Shown: positions 29,179-39,681 of the stretch, in pieces
How positions within the stretch are numbered: position 1 is the first letter of the stretch
Layout of the letters: each line of letters begins with the position of its first letter
DNA from: an uncultured delta proteobacterium
GTDB lineage: Bacteria; Desulfobacterota; BSN033; UBA1163
Length of the DNA: 64,000 nucleotides
Reading direction: 5' to 3'
NCBI GenBank assembly: GCA_963820625.1
Contig: CAWGAV010000016.1
Span: 7,047 to 71,046, forward strand
The notes under the pieces: generated by a model
Seen by the model: only the letters and a program-made list of their open reading frames with translations
What the model was told of the DNA's origin: nothing
Databases searched by the model: none
Position numbers and translations under genes: made by a program

Positions 29179-29790
29179 ATGTTCATTTCACTCATCATAA
29201 AAGGGGGACCCATCATGATCCCCATCATTGCCTTATCGATCATTGCCCTTGCCATCATTTTGGAAAGATTTTGGACCCTCTGGAAGATTCGACTCAACTT
29301 TCAACAGTTTGCCCAGGAGATCTTCCTCTATATGGAAAGGGGTCATTTTCAGAAGGCCTTAGAGCGATGTGAAAAAGTGAAGCATCCTATTGCGGAGGTG
29401 TTTAAACTGGGAATTCTCAACCGTACTTTGAAACGAGAAGAATTAGAGGCGATGATGGAACGAGAAGGTGACGAACAGATCCAATACCTGGAACGATACT
29501 TAGGGGCCTTGCTCATCATCATCGGTGTTGAGCCCATGCTTGGATTTCTTGGAACCATCGTCGGTCTCATTCAGGCTTTTATGACCTGGGAACAGTTGGG
29601 GACCAATATTACCGTCAGCGCCTTGGCGGCAGGGATTTATCAGGCCATGATCACCACGGCAGCGGGTCTCATTGTTGCCATTCCTGCTTATATCCTCTAC
29701 CACCTCATTGTCGGGAAAATTAAGAGCCACGCCCAGGAGATGTCTTATTATGGAAATGGGTTGATCGATATTTTGGCAAGGACCAAATAG
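29179..29790 (+). CDS. exbB: MotA/TolQ/ExbB proton channel protein
   Basis: PMLGFLGTIVG, GIYQAMITTAAGLIVAIPA. Confidence 0.88.
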   Translation: MFISLIIKGGPIMIPIIALSIIALAIILERFWTLWKIRLNFQQFAQEIFLYMERGHFQKALERCEKVKHPIAEVFKLGILNRTLKREELEAMMEREGDEQIQYLERYLGALLIIIGVEPMLGFLGTIVGLIQAFMTWEQLGTNITVSALAAGIYQAMITTAAGLIVAIPAYILYHLIVGKIKSHAQEMSYYGNGLIDILARTK

Positions 29791-29871
29791 GAGAGCGTTG
29801 AAAAACTACTTTACGCTCTCTTGATTAGAGATTTCTGGATTTTTTCAGAAATCTCAAGAGGGAGGAGCGGG

Positions 29872-30315
29872 ATGAAAATTAAAACCCATCGAGATTCGGT
29901 AGTCTCATTAGAATCCATTGCCCTCACCGATATCATTCTCAATATCTTCATCTTCTTCTTCACCGCATTCAGTTTGGTCTACACCTTCAACCCGACAAGA
30001 GAGTCTCGAATCATCGTGAAACTTCCTCAGGCCGATATCAAAATGCCTGCTGACCAGAAAGAGCCCATCGTCGTGACCATCAACAGTAGGAATGAAGTCT
30101 TCCTCAATAACAAACCCAAAAGCCTCAGAAATTTGAAGACAGAACTGGAATCCCTCATTGCCTTTAACAAAACGAGGTCTGTGATTGTCAGGGCGGACAA
30201 GAGCGTGGTTTTCGACCGAGTTGTTCAAGTTCTCGATGTAGCAAAAAATGCAGGGGTGGAACGTCTTGGCATAGCTATCGAAGATAAAACCTCCTCAACC
30301 AGTCCCAATCCTTAA
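29872..30315 (+). CDS. exbD: ExbD/TolR biopolymer transport protein
   Basis: LTDIILNIFIFF, VKLPQA, VRADKSV, LDVAKNAGV; ATG after GGAGG. Confidence 0.88.
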   Translation: MKIKTHRDSVVSLESIALTDIILNIFIFFFTAFSLVYTFNPTRESRIIVKLPQADIKMPADQKEPIVVTINSRNEVFLNNKPKSLRNLKTELESLIAFNKTRSVIVRADKSVVFDRVVQVLDVAKNAGVERLGIAIEDKTSSTSPNP

Positions 30316-30601
30316 AAAAACCCTTTTTAAAAGCTTCCAATTTCTGTGTATTGTTTTATTCCTTCAAATCGGAGAAATCGGAGTATATCCCTTAAATTTC
30401 ATTAAGATGATTTAAAAAATTATTGTTTTACTTTTCTTTAAAACTGTAACTATTTGATATTTAAAGTAATTTATTTTATAAAAATTTGAATTTTTTTCTT
30501 GACATTTCCATATTTTGTGTTTTAGAATAGGCACAATTCTAAATATAGAATACTTGGTTCCGTCTAGACTGGTTGCCAATAGGTGGAAAGGGGGATTTAA
30601 A

Positions 30602-30739
30602 ATGAGTTATCTCATTTGTGATAAAAGGAAAGGAAGCCCAAAAATTCATGTTGAAGTCTGTCGGAGAAAGTGCAAACTTATCCAAGAATGTAAGACCTAT
30701 AAGGAATTTGTCGATAATTTAGAGAAAAAGGCTGCTTAA
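30602..30739 (+). CDS. Small (45 aa) four-cysteine hypothetical protein
   Basis: AAGGGGG SD; MSYLICDKRKGSPKIHVEVCRRKCKLIQECKTYKEF; upstream TTGACA-18-TAGAAT. Confidence 0.6.
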   Translation: MSYLICDKRKGSPKIHVEVCRRKCKLIQECKTYKEFVDNLEKKAA

Positions 30740-30803
30740 ATACCTCTTCTTCATACCCCTCCTTTCTGGTTGGGCCGGTTCTTGGACGGAATCGGCCCTC
30801 TTT

Positions 30804-31541
30804 TTATCCTATATCTCCCCGTTCATATTGAAGGATGCTGAGAAGGCATAGACTGGATGTTTCAGCTCTTAATATCCTCCTCCCCAGTGTAACAGGGATG
30901 AATCCAGCTTTTTTTGCCTCTCCAACTTCCTCCTGGCCAAAACCCCCTTCTGGTCCGATGATAAAGAAAATCTTCATCTTTTCTTTTGATCTTTCCAATA
31001 CTTCTTTCAACCTGATCCCTTCTTTTTCCCAGAGAATAAAGCGGAGGGCATCCGGGGAAGCTATTTGGAGCATCTCAGAATAGTCTCGGAGGGATTCAAT
31101 CTTTGGGACCACCCCCCTTCCGCATTGTTTGGAGGCCTCAATGGCAATTCTTTCCCATCGATGATGGCGCTTCAGTCTTTTCGATTTTTCTAAAAGGGGT
31201 ACTGAGCGGGAGGAGAAAAAGGGAATGATTTCTTTGACCCCCAACTCCGTGGCCTTCTGGATCAGGGTGTCCATCTTCTCACCCTTAAGCAGGCTTTGGG
31301 CCAGAGTAACTTCTAAGGAAGAATCCTTTTTTGAGGAGAAAATATTTTCAATCTTAATCATGACAGAGGAGGGTCTTTCTTCAGCTATCGTACCCTCATA
31401 CTCCTTGCCCAATCCATCGAAGACAATGATCTCATCTCCTGTTTTGAGGCGGAGAACCTTTCGAATATGTTTCACCTCATCCCCTTCAATCCTGAGCATC
31501 CCTTTCTCAATCCGGGGCTGAGGAACATAAAATCTGGCCAT
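30804..31541 (-). CDS. rsmE: 16S rRNA m3U1498 methyltransferase
   Basis: HIRKVLRL, QKATELGV, IGPEGGF, LGRRILRAET. Confidence 0.95.
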   Translation of the reverse strand: MARFYVPQPRIEKGMLRIEGDEVKHIRKVLRLKTGDEIIVFDGLGKEYEGTIAEERPSSVMIKIENIFSSKKDSSLEVTLAQSLLKGEKMDTLIQKATELGVKEIIPFFSSRSVPLLEKSKRLKRHHRWERIAIEASKQCGRGVVPKIESLRDYSEMLQIASPDALRFILWEKEGIRLKEVLERSKEKMKIFFIIGPEGGFGQEEVGEAKKAGFIPVTLGRRILRAETSSLCLLSILQYERGDIG

Positions 31542-31713
31542 CCTTTGACTCCTAACTCAACCAAACTTTAGCCGAGGAAGTTATTGAAATCCAAATTTCA
31601 AAGTTCAAATGTCAAATGAATGACAAATGCTTAAATGTCAAAAATTGGATTCGGAATTTTGTAATTTGAACTTTATTTGAACTTTGGACTTTGAAATTTG
31701 ACATTTGATTCTT

Positions 31714-32601
31714 TCACTTCTTTTTGAAGGTAAGGCAAACCCACTCTCCTTCTTGAGTGACTTTGCTCAATTTTAAGAACCCGGTCTCCATAAAATGTTG
31801 ACGAATTCTCTCTTTTTCCTCCTCCAATATTCCTGAAAGGATGAGAAACCCTTGGTCCTTGAGGTGGTTCGGAAGAGGCCTTTTCATCCTCCTCAAACTC
31901 TTGAGATCGATATTGGCTACGACCACGTCAAACTTTTTTTCAAGAACACCAATGCTTCCTTTCCTTATCTTGACGATATTCGAAACATGGTTCTTCTCCA
32001 CGTTCTCTCTGGCAATCTCTACTGCTACCCCATCGATGTCTATCCCCCAAACCTCCTTAGCCCCTAATTTGGCGGCGATAATGGAAAGAATCCCTGAACC
32101 TGTTCCCACATCAAGAACGGATAGCCCCCTCTTCTGAAGCCTTTCCTCCAATGCCTGGATGCAGAGGATGGTTGTGGCATGAGTTCCTGTGCCAAAGGCC
32201 ATTCCTGGGGTGATGTCAATGGCAATCTGCCCTCTTTTCAATCGAATCTTGGACCAGGGTGGCCTCACCACAAATTTAGATGTTACCTGAACAGGTTTAA
32301 AAAACCTCTTCCAATTCTCACCCCAATCCTGTTCGGGAATAGAAGCCGTCTTAATTTGTGAGCGGGAAGTTTCAGGGGCGATCTTCTTTAACGATCTCAA
32401 ATAATGATGGAGAGCATGAAGAATTCTGTTCTCTTTTCCGTCCTGCGGGAAATAAGTCCTCAGCCTTTCCCATTTTAAATCTCCATTGATCTCTTCAATA
32501 CCTGTAGCTCCTTGCTCAATCAGGAAGTTTGAGACCGCATCTCCGAATTCCTTGGGAATAAAAAGTTCTACGACCCACCAGCGCTTCATAGGTTCTATCA
32601 C
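31714..32601 (-). CDS. prmA: Ribosomal protein L11 methyltransferase
   Basis: DWGENWK, PGMAFGTGTHATT, VLDVGTGSGILSI, VVANI. Confidence 0.95.
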   Translation of the reverse strand: MIEPMKRWWVVELFIPKEFGDAVSNFLIEQGATGIEEINGDLKWERLRTYFPQDGKENRILHALHHYLRSLKKIAPETSRSQIKTASIPEQDWGENWKRFFKPVQVTSKFVVRPPWSKIRLKRGQIAIDITPGMAFGTGTHATTILCIQALEERLQKRGLSVLDVGTGSGILSIIAAKLGAKEVWGIDIDGVAVEIARENVEKNHVSNIVKIRKGSIGVLEKKFDVVVANIDLKSLRRMKRPLPNHLKDQGFLILSGILEEEKERIRQHFMETGFLKLSKVTQEGEWVCLTFKKK

Positions 32602-32654
32602 TTGACCCCTTGAATCCTAGAATCCTTGAACCCTAAAGAAGACTTTGAATCCTC

Positions 32655-33425
32655 TTATTTCGTTAATATAAATTCTCCAATCTTTTCGTTGAAGGCCTGA
32701 GGTGATTCCATCATGGCCATGTGACCAGCATTTGGAAGGACCTCCATTTTCGAACCTTTGATTCGACTTTGAAGGAATTGGGAATACTTTATGGGCGTGA
32801 GTTGGTCATCATCCCCGCAGAGGATGAGCGTGGGAAGATTAATTTTTCCCACCTCGTTCATGAAGTCAAATCGGTCACAGGCCAGAAAGTCGCCATAGAG
32901 AACTTCTGCGCGACATTGCAACATAGTGGAAACACCCTTTTCAATTAAATCCGATGAAGCCTTTTGAGAGTAGGCAAACTGGTTTATCTTCTTAACCGTT
33001 TCCTCAAAGTTATTTTTGATCCCATCCAGGATCATAGGGAGAACCTTTAACCTTGCCCCGGTTCCGACTAAAACAATCCCTTTGATCATCTCTGGATGGG
33101 TTAAGGCCAATGTCTGAACAATCGTTCCACCCATTGAATGACCAACGAGAAAGACTTTTTGGAGACCTAGAGTCTTTAAGAAGGTACGAACATGCTCAGC
33201 ATATCTTCCGATCTCTTCCTCTCCTTCTTCTCCTGATTCTCCATGACCAGGCAGTTCGATGACGATGGGATTGAACTGCTTCTCAAAAAAACCTTTTTGA
33301 TAACTCCACGTGTATTGCCCCCCTCCCGCTCCATGGATGAAGAGAACGGCCACCCTTCCTTCTAAAAGACCTTTTCTCCCTGTCCAGTAACTGATCTGCT
33401 TTCCGTCGATTCGAGCGATTGGCAT
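32655..33425 (-). CDS. Alpha/beta hydrolase
   Basis: FIHGAGG, ELPGHG, GHSMGG, AGHMAM. Confidence 0.9.
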   Translation of the reverse strand: MPIARIDGKQISYWTGRKGLLEGRVAVLFIHGAGGGQYTWSYQKGFFEKQFNPIVIELPGHGESGEEGEEEIGRYAEHVRTFLKTLGLQKVFLVGHSMGGTIVQTLALTHPEMIKGIVLVGTGARLKVLPMILDGIKNNFEETVKKINQFAYSQKASSDLIEKGVSTMLQCRAEVLYGDFLACDRFDFMNEVGKINLPTLILCGDDDQLTPIKYSQFLQSRIKGSKMEVLPNAGHMAMMESPQAFNEKIGEFILTK

Positions 33426-34390
33426 GGATTCCTCCCCTGAACGAAATCGAAATAGGAATGGATCGCTTCAAATAAAGCCTCTTTCTCTCTTAAGCCTGAT
33501 AATTTCGAATGGAAGAAGGCACAACAAGGGAGCCCCTTCGTATACCAGTAAATATGTTTCCGGATCTTTTTCACCGCCCCTTTTTCACCATAGTGGGTTT
33601 GTGTCAGCAAAAAATGATGATGAATCATGTTTTTCCTCTTCTCCAGAGAAGGAGGAATTGTCGGTTCTCCTTCCAGAGGCATGGAATTTTTAAAACCAAA
33701 GATCCACGGGTTCCCTAATGCCCCTCTTCCAATCATGACCCCATCACAACCCGTCTCTTCGAACATCTTCTTTGCAATAGACGGTGTGATCACATCTCCA
33801 TTTCCAACGACAGGAATACGGACCGTCTTTTTCACCTCACCGATCAAGTTCCAATCCGCCCGCCCGCGAAACCCCTGATCCCTTGTTCTGGGGTGAATAG
33901 AGATGGCATCCGCGCCACAATCCTCAGCGACTTTAGAAATCTCCACAGCATTGATATGTTTTCCATCCCATCCAGAACGGATTTTAATGGTAACAGGTTT
34001 TTTTACCTTCTTTCTTACTTTAATCAAAATGCCTTTCACTTTTTCTGGAAACCGCATCAAATCAACACCTGCTCCAGTCATGACCACCTGCTTTGCCGGG
34101 CATCCCATATTGAGATCAATAGCATCTGCACCCATTGCCTCAGCCATTCCAGCAGCTTCGGCTAATACCTCCGGATCTGAACCGAAGAGTTGAACAGAGA
34201 CCGGATGCTCATCCTTCTTGATTTTTAAAAACGCTTCTCCCCTTCTGATTAACCCCTCTGCACTCACCATCTCCGTGAAGACCAGACCACATCCCATCTC
34301 CCTTGCCAGTTGGCGGAAGGGATAATCTGTAATCCCCGACATCGGTGCCAGAACAAGGTTACTATTCAGACGAAGATTTCCAAGTTTCAT
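33362..34390 (-). CDS. dusB: tRNA-dihydrouridine synthase B
   Basis: LAPMSGITD, VQLFGS, DLNMGCP, VGNGDV, GVMIGRGALGNPWIF. Confidence 0.93.
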   Translation of the reverse strand: MKLGNLRLNSNLVLAPMSGITDYPFRQLAREMGCGLVFTEMVSAEGLIRRGEAFLKIKKDEHPVSVQLFGSDPEVLAEAAGMAEAMGADAIDLNMGCPAKQVVMTGAGVDLMRFPEKVKGILIKVRKKVKKPVTIKIRSGWDGKHINAVEISKVAEDCGADAISIHPRTRDQGFRGRADWNLIGEVKKTVRIPVVGNGDVITPSIAKKMFEETGCDGVMIGRGALGNPWIFGFKNSMPLEGEPTIPPSLEKRKNMIHHHFLLTQTHYGEKGAVKKIRKHIYWYTKGLPCCAFFHSKLSGLREKEALFEAIHSYFDFVQGRNPCQSLESTESRSVTGQGEKVF

Positions 34391-34413
34391 ACCAATTTAT
34401 TATCTCATACTAA

Positions 34414-34455
34414 TCCCCCCCTCCCCCCCTTTAGCAAAGGGGGGATGGGGGGATT
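34414..34455. repeat. C-run/G-run hairpin element (related copies at 37306-37347, 43961-43998, 57195-57230)
   Basis: TAATCCCCCCCTCCCCCCCTTTAGCAAAGGGGGGATGGGGGGATT. Confidence 0.7.
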
Positions 34456-34461
34456 TGCCAT

Positions 34462-35316
34462 CTACGATTTTTTCGCGTCGTCCCAGTGCTTCTTGATGGA
34501 TTGGATCGCCTCATCAATACGGAGGGGATCTCCAAAATCGAGCCCTTCCTTTTTTAATCCCTTGAAGAGTCTCGTCAGGGTGGGTTCTTCCAGATTAAAA
34601 CTTTCTAAATCCTTAAATTTCCCGAAAATCTCATCTGGCCTTCCTCTTTCGCTGAGATCCCCATGCCCGTGCATGAGGTAGAGAATATCGGTTATCTCCG
34701 GTACCAGATCAACTTCATGGAGTGTCATGATAAAGGTGATCCCTTTCTCTTTATTCAATTCATTCAGAATCTGGACCAGATCTCTTCTGGAAACAGGATC
34801 CAATCCTGTAAAGGGCTCATCCAGGATGAGTAAGTCTGGCTCCATGACCAAGGCTCCGGCTAAAGCAACTTTCTTCTTTTCCCCACCCGAGAGGTAATTC
34901 ACTATCTTCTTCTGGATCGATTCAAGATTCAACCTCTCGATCACACTCTTCGCCATCGCTTCTGCCTTTTTCCTCTCGATGCCATAATTTAATGGAGCAA
35001 AGAGGATATCATCATAAACGGTCGGGCCAAGGATCTGCTCATCCACATCCTGCATGACCATGCCAACCTTTTCTCTGATCTTCGAGAATTCCTTTCCAGG
35101 ATCCACCCCAAAAACCTTGACGCTTCCATCCTTTGGCACAAGTATTCCCAAGAGGTGCTTGAGCAGAGTCGTCTTTCCACAGCCATTGGAACCCAGGATC
35201 GAAACCCTCTCTCCCCGATTGACAATAAAATCTAGACCGCAAATCTGCACTTTGGTCATATCTGGATAGACATGGGTAATACAATCTACTTCGACAATCT
35301 TTTCATCTTCCTTCAT
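34462..35316 (-). CDS. cbiO: ECF transporter ATPase (CbiO/NikO)
   Basis: GSNGCGKTT, LSGGEKKKVALAG, LDEPFTGLD; ATG at 35316. Confidence 0.85.
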   Translation of the reverse strand: MKEDEKIVEVDCITHVYPDMTKVQICGLDFIVNRGERVSILGSNGCGKTTLLKHLLGILVPKDGSVKVFGVDPGKEFSKIREKVGMVMQDVDEQILGPTVYDDILFAPLNYGIERKKAEAMAKSVIERLNLESIQKKIVNYLSGGEKKKVALAGALVMEPDLLILDEPFTGLDPVSRRDLVQILNELNKEKGITFIMTLHEVDLVPEITDILYLMHGHGDLSERGRPDEIFGKFKDLESFNLEEPTLTRLFKGLKKEGLDFGDPLRIDEAIQSIKKHWDDAKKS

Positions 35317-35320
35317 GGTC

Positions 35321-35947
35321 CTATTCTCCCCTGTAATAAATCTTGTTTTTGAATCCTCGGAGCACCATGGATTCGTACATCTTTTCGCTGGCATCGATGC
35401 CTTTAATGATCAGATGGCCGAAGGCATTGGAAATATTGATCAGGCTTCTCCACGGATGTCTCCACTGGAATCCTCCGCGAAGGTAGAGGGCATGTTGTGT
35501 CTCCTCGAGAATATTGAGGAGGATAAAGATGGATCGGTAGGTCAAAAAAAGAGCCGTTACAAAAGAGGAGGGAAGGACTCTCCCCAGGACAGAAAAGATC
35601 GAGGGATAAGGAGTGGTAGCCAGAAGCAGAACCACTCCCGTAGAGCCGCAGAGAACCTTTAAAAAGATGAGAAGAATAAAATGGATTTGAAACCCAGAGA
35701 TAAAGATGAAAAGAACGGCAAAGATAAGGGGATAGAGTGTTAAAGAAAATATTTTTGTTGGAATTCGTGATAGGAAAAAAAGAGCAAGGAGAATCCCATA
35801 AAGGAGAAGGAATCCGGGAAGGTTTCTCAACGTGACAATGCCCAATAAAACAAAGACCATTCCGATGATTTTCAACTTCGGTGAGAGACGGTGAAGAAAG
35901 CTCTTCCTCTCCATAGCGATATAATCTAAATAGGAAAGCTGAATCAT
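35321..35947 (-). CDS. cbiQ: ECF transporter T component (CbiQ/NikQ)
   Basis: SFLHRLSPKLK, LTYRSIF, YESMVLRGF. Confidence 0.85.
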   Translation of the reverse strand: MIQLSYLDYIAMERKSFLHRLSPKLKIIGMVFVLLGIVTLRNLPGFLLLYGILLALFFLSRIPTKIFSLTLYPLIFAVLFIFISGFQIHFILLIFLKVLCGSTGVVLLLATTPYPSIFSVLGRVLPSSFVTALFLTYRSIFILLNILEETQHALYLRGGFQWRHPWRSLINISNAFGHLIIKGIDASEKMYESMVLRGFKNKIYYRGE

Positions 35948-35958
35948 GGGGATTCCTT

Positions 35959-36672
35959 CTATAAATGCAATAAGTCTGGCCGCAGCCGATAGATGTATCT
36001 GGCGATTAATGTGGTGATCACACCTTCCATTATCCATCCGATAAAACCCAAAGGAAGGACAATGGCTATGAACCGTCTTAAATTTATCTCACTCTTTTTT
36101 TTCTCCCCTTCATGATAATCATTCTTTTCCTTTGAAAGATGAAATTCAAATATACCCTTCCCTTCCTGATGAATCAATTTTTCATAATGAGGTGTGCCCA
36201 GGCTGACCACTCCGATCATGGCAAAGGTGGAGAAAATAAGGGCGATGAAGGTCGCTAAAAAAGCAGCAGGGGTTAACCTTTTTAAAACCTTCCAGAAGAG
36301 GCGGAAAAGTAAATATCCCAATACCCCTTCGATCGAGAGGGTAAGTGTATTAAGCCCGATGACGGTAATTCCACCATGTCCAAAAAGAGCCAAGATGACA
36401 TTGACGACAAGGGTGGCAAGGAAGATGAGAGAAGGTCCTAATAAGATTCCTGAAATGACTGTCAGGTTGACATGATAAGCGATGGGAACAATCTCGACGG
36501 AAGCACCCAAGACCATTACCGCTGCCATCATTCCCAGCAAAGGCAGCCGCCTGGTTAATTCTTCTTTCTTAGTGAGTCGAAGAAGAATTGTCCCGACCAG
36601 AATGGCAACGATAAATCCTGAAGCCCAAAGCCAAACAGGTAAAACTCCATCGGGAAGATGAATATGGGACAT
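35959..36672 (-). CDS. cbiM: ECF S component, CbiM/NikM family with variant N-terminus MSHIHLPDG
   Basis: HIHLPDG, YHVNL, GILLGP, LFGHGGITVIGLN, MEGVIT. Confidence 0.8.
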   Translation of the reverse strand: MSHIHLPDGVLPVWLWASGFIVAILVGTILLRLTKKEELTRRLPLLGMMAAVMVLGASVEIVPIAYHVNLTVISGILLGPSLIFLATLVVNVILALFGHGGITVIGLNTLTLSIEGVLGYLLFRLFWKVLKRLTPAAFLATFIALIFSTFAMIGVVSLGTPHYEKLIHQEGKGIFEFHLSKEKNDYHEGEKKKSEINLRRFIAIVLPLGFIGWIMEGVITTLIARYIYRLRPDLLHL

Positions 36673-36726
36673 CCATTCCTCCTTTAAAAACAAAGCATAG
36701 CGTCTGCCTACCGGACAGAGCATCCT

Positions 36727-36783
36727 TTGGCGGGGTTAGAAAACCCCGCCTATCCTGATAGGCGGGACATTCTTGTCCCGCTT
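36727..36783. repeat. Tandem pair of REP-like palindromes
   Basis: GGCGGGGTTAGAAAACCCCGCC and GGCGGGACATTCTTGTCCCGC. Confidence 0.7.
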
Positions 36784-37228
36784 AGTGCTCTGCGCTTGGC
36801 GGTCTTTGTAAAGGTTTACAGGCTTTGCAAAACCCATAAAAACTCAATTGATGATCGATCACCTGATAACCTGTGGACTCCGACACCTTTTTGGACCAAT
36901 CAGAAATATCACAAAAGTCCAATTCGACCACACTCCCGCATGCCTTGCAGATGATATGGTGATGGTGTTCGTCTATTTCACAGAGTTTATATTTAACACT
37001 CGAACCATTGATGATTTTAAAGACCATGCCCATGGATTCGAAGAGATCAAGAGACCGATAAATAGAGGTCAATCCAATCTTCTTCTGCTCTTTTAGAAGG
37101 CTTTGGTAGAGCTCCTGAGGACTCAAAGGGGTTATGGCATTGGAGAGCTCCTGATAAAGCAAAAGTCTTGGATGGCTTAGTCGGAGTTTTTTATCCTTAA
37201 ATAGGTTTTTAAAAAGTCCTTTATTCAT
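36782..37228 (-). CDS. Fur family transcriptional regulator (Zur/Nur/PerR-like)
   Basis: LRLSHPR, IGLTSIYRSL, HHHIICKACG, FYGFCKAC. Confidence 0.92.
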   Translation of the reverse strand: MNKGLFKNLFKDKKLRLSHPRLLLYQELSNAITPLSPQELYQSLLKEQKKIGLTSIYRSLDLFESMGMVFKIINGSSVKYKLCEIDEHHHHIICKACGSVVELDFCDISDWSKKVSESTGYQVIDHQLSFYGFCKACKPLQRPPSAEH

Positions 37229-37246
37229 AATAAGTTAAGAAAAGAA

Positions 37247-37260
37247 TGAAAATATTTTCA
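37247..37260. promoter_or_regulatory. Perfect palindrome, candidate Fur-family operator
   Basis: TGAAAATATTTTCA, 19 bp upstream of the regulator ATG and downstream of TTGACA at 37288-37293 (- strand). Confidence 0.5.
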
Positions 37261-37347
37261 ATTAGAAAATAAGCGTTCCCTCCCTCTTTGTCAAGAAAAT
37301 AACTAATCCCCCTTGCCCCCCTTTAACAAAGGAGGGAGTGGGGGGAT

Positions 37348-39402
37348 TTAACCCAATATTTTCTTTAACTCTTTTTCATCTTTTACTGGAGGCAGGCAGG
37401 TGAATCCTTTGCAGACGAAAGTGGTTGGAACCTCGGCGACCCCTTTCTCCATGAGAAATGGGAACCAATTCTCTTTAATGGGTTCTTGAGGGTCCCTCAG
37501 GCTCAGGATTTTGTTAGGAAGGTAGGTAAGGTAAATTTCTTTGAGCATGGATTTTGTCTTAAGATCGTTCTTTGAGCCGATGATCCCGATCTCCTCCGGA
37601 TTCAAAAAGAAGGAGAGGCCGGATAGCATTTGGGTAAATCCAGAGGGATGTTGGTCTAGAAAGTTATAAAAGAGGTGAAGAGTTTGTTCAGCCTTCTGTT
37701 TCAAAGATTCTTCTCCAGTCAGATACCCAAGCCTGATCAAATTAAATGCGGCTATAGAATTTGCTGAAGGGATGGCATTGTCATAAGGGTTTTTTGATTG
37801 GGCGATCAAAGATTCGTTCTCCTTTCCCGTGAAGAAGAACCCTCCGTTTCTCTCATCCCAGAATTGTTGGATCATTCTCCGATTGAGGTCATCTGCTTCC
37901 TTCAGCCATCCCGTCTCAAAGGTGGCTTCATAAAGATCGATAAGGGCCTGGGTAAAAAAGGCGTAATCTTCTGAATAGCCCTTCACCTGGCATTTCCCCT
38001 TATTAAACACCCTCATCAAGTGGCCATCCTTCCTCATCTCATGGAGGATGAAGAGGGCTGCCTCTTTTGCCCCATTAAGATAGTGTTCATTTCCAGTGAC
38101 TTTAAATCCATCAACAAAACTTGAGATCATTAAACCATTCCAGGAGGTCAAAATCTTCTCATCCCGTCCAGGTCTTACTCTTTTCTCCCTTTCGGCATAA
38201 AGTTCCTGCCGTCCCTCTTCCAATACTTTTTCCAAATCTGTAGTGGACATTCCATATAATTGAGAAACCTTTTCTAAAGTGGAGGCAATACTGAGTACGC
38301 TCGCTCCTCCCTCAAAATTTCCCTGAAGACCCACCCCATAATAAGCACAAAAAGGTGTCCCTTTCTCTTTGCCCAATACTTCCTTAATCTCGTCTCTTGT
38401 CCAGACATAAAACTTCCCTTCCTTGCCTTCGCTGTCTGCATCCTGGGTTGAGTAGAAACCTCCCTCTGGGCTTTTCATCTCACGAAGAACATAATTGAGG
38501 ATTTCTTCTCCCACTCGGCGATACCTCTTCTTTTGTGACGCCTGATAGGCTTCAAAATAGGTTCGGGAAAGCAGGGCGTTGTCATAGAGCATTTTTTCAA
38601 AATGGGGAATAAGCCATCGTTCATCTACAGAATAGCGATGGAATCCTCCTCCTAAATGGTCGTAGATTCCACCATTGGCCATCTTCTCCAGTGTTTTTTC
38701 CACCATCTCTAAAGCTTTTTTTGAACCTGTACTCTTCCAATACCTGAGAAGGAAAGAAAGGGTCATGCTGCTCGGGAATTTAGGAGCATTACCGAATCCT
38801 CCATAAATTGGATCAAATTGATTCTCCAGAGCATTAAAAGCCTTCGCCAGGACTTTGTCGCTCATGGCTTCCTGGGAAGGAACAATTTCAACGATCTGAT
38901 GGAGGGCATTCTTCATCTGTGCCTCCATCTTTATAATCTCTTCTTGATGGGTCTTGTAATAGGTGGAAACCGTAACGAGCACCTTTGGAAAACCCGGCAT
39001 TCCCCCTCGATCTTCAGGAGGAAAATAGGTTCCCGCATGAAAGGGGACAAGGTCAGGAGTTAAAAAGACGGTCATTGGCCATCCCCCTGAACCCGTCATC
39101 ACCTGAACGGCATTCATATAAAGTTCATCAAGATCTGGACGTTCCTCCCGATCAATTTTGATATTAATGAAGTGCTCATTCATGATTCCTGCAATGGCCT
39201 CTTTTTCGAAAGATTCATTTTCCATCACATGGCACCAATGGCAGGAGGAGTAGCCAACGCTGAGGAGGATAGGTTTGTCCTCTTTTTTTGCTCGAGCGAG
39301 GGCCTCCTCTCCCCATGGATACCAATCCACTGGATTATGAGCATGCTGCAAAAGATAAGGACTGGCTTCGTGAATCAGCCGATTCGTATATTTATGCTCC
39401 AT
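37348..39402 (-). CDS. yyaL: YyaL/SSP411 thioredoxin-domain glycoside-hydrolase-fold protein
   Basis: [64 protein letters not shown]. Confidence 0.93.
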   Translation of the reverse strand: MEHKYTNRLIHEASPYLLQHAHNPVDWYPWGEEALARAKKEDKPILLSVGYSSCHWCHVMENESFEKEAIAGIMNEHFINIKIDREERPDLDELYMNAVQVMTGSGGWPMTVFLTPDLVPFHAGTYFPPEDRGGMPGFPKVLVTVSTYYKTHQEEIIKMEAQMKNALHQIVEIVPSQEAMSDKVLAKAFNALENQFDPIYGGFGNAPKFPSSMTLSFLLRYWKSTGSKKALEMVEKTLEKMANGGIYDHLGGGFHRYSVDERWLIPHFEKMLYDNALLSRTYFEAYQASQKKRYRRVGEEILNYVLREMKSPEGGFYSTQDADSEGKEGKFYVWTRDEIKEVLGKEKGTPFCAYYGVGLQGNFEGGASVLSIASTLEKVSQLYGMSTTDLEKVLEEGRQELYAEREKRVRPGRDEKILTSWNGLMISSFVDGFKVTGNEHYLNGAKEAALFILHEMRKDGHLMRVFNKGKCQVKGYSEDYAFFTQALIDLYEATFETGWLKEADDLNRRMIQQFWDERNGGFFFTGKENESLIAQSKNPYDNAIPSANSIAAFNLIRLGYLTGEESLKQKAEQTLHLFYNFLDQHPSGFTQMLSGLSFFLNPEEIGIIGSKNDLKTKSMLKEIYLTYLPNKILSLRDPQEPIKENWFPFLMEKGVAEVPTTFVCKGFTCLPPVKDEKELKKILG

Positions 39403-39681
39403 TTCCTCTCCCTATTAATTCTATCTATAATTTATTTATAACCACAGGAAGGACGAATAACAAGGAAAAACACTTATTTAAAAAATAGAAAATAGGGACA
39501 CATCCCATTTATTGTTCGGAAAAAGGGATGTACCCTTATTTAAATGAAGCCTAAAAATTCAAAATCCCCCTATCCCCCCAGATTAAGAATTCTTAATTTA
39601 AATTTAATCCGGATTTAACCTTTTTAAAGAATAATGAATGATCAAATAGTAATAGATCTGTCACTTAAAAACGGATTAAAT

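Noticed and set aside
30530-30580. Possible c-di-GMP-I/GEMM riboswitch (GGCACAA...GGTTGCC)
   Set aside because: Too short, and lacks the GCAAAGC junction and the P2/P3 tetraloop-receptor elements.
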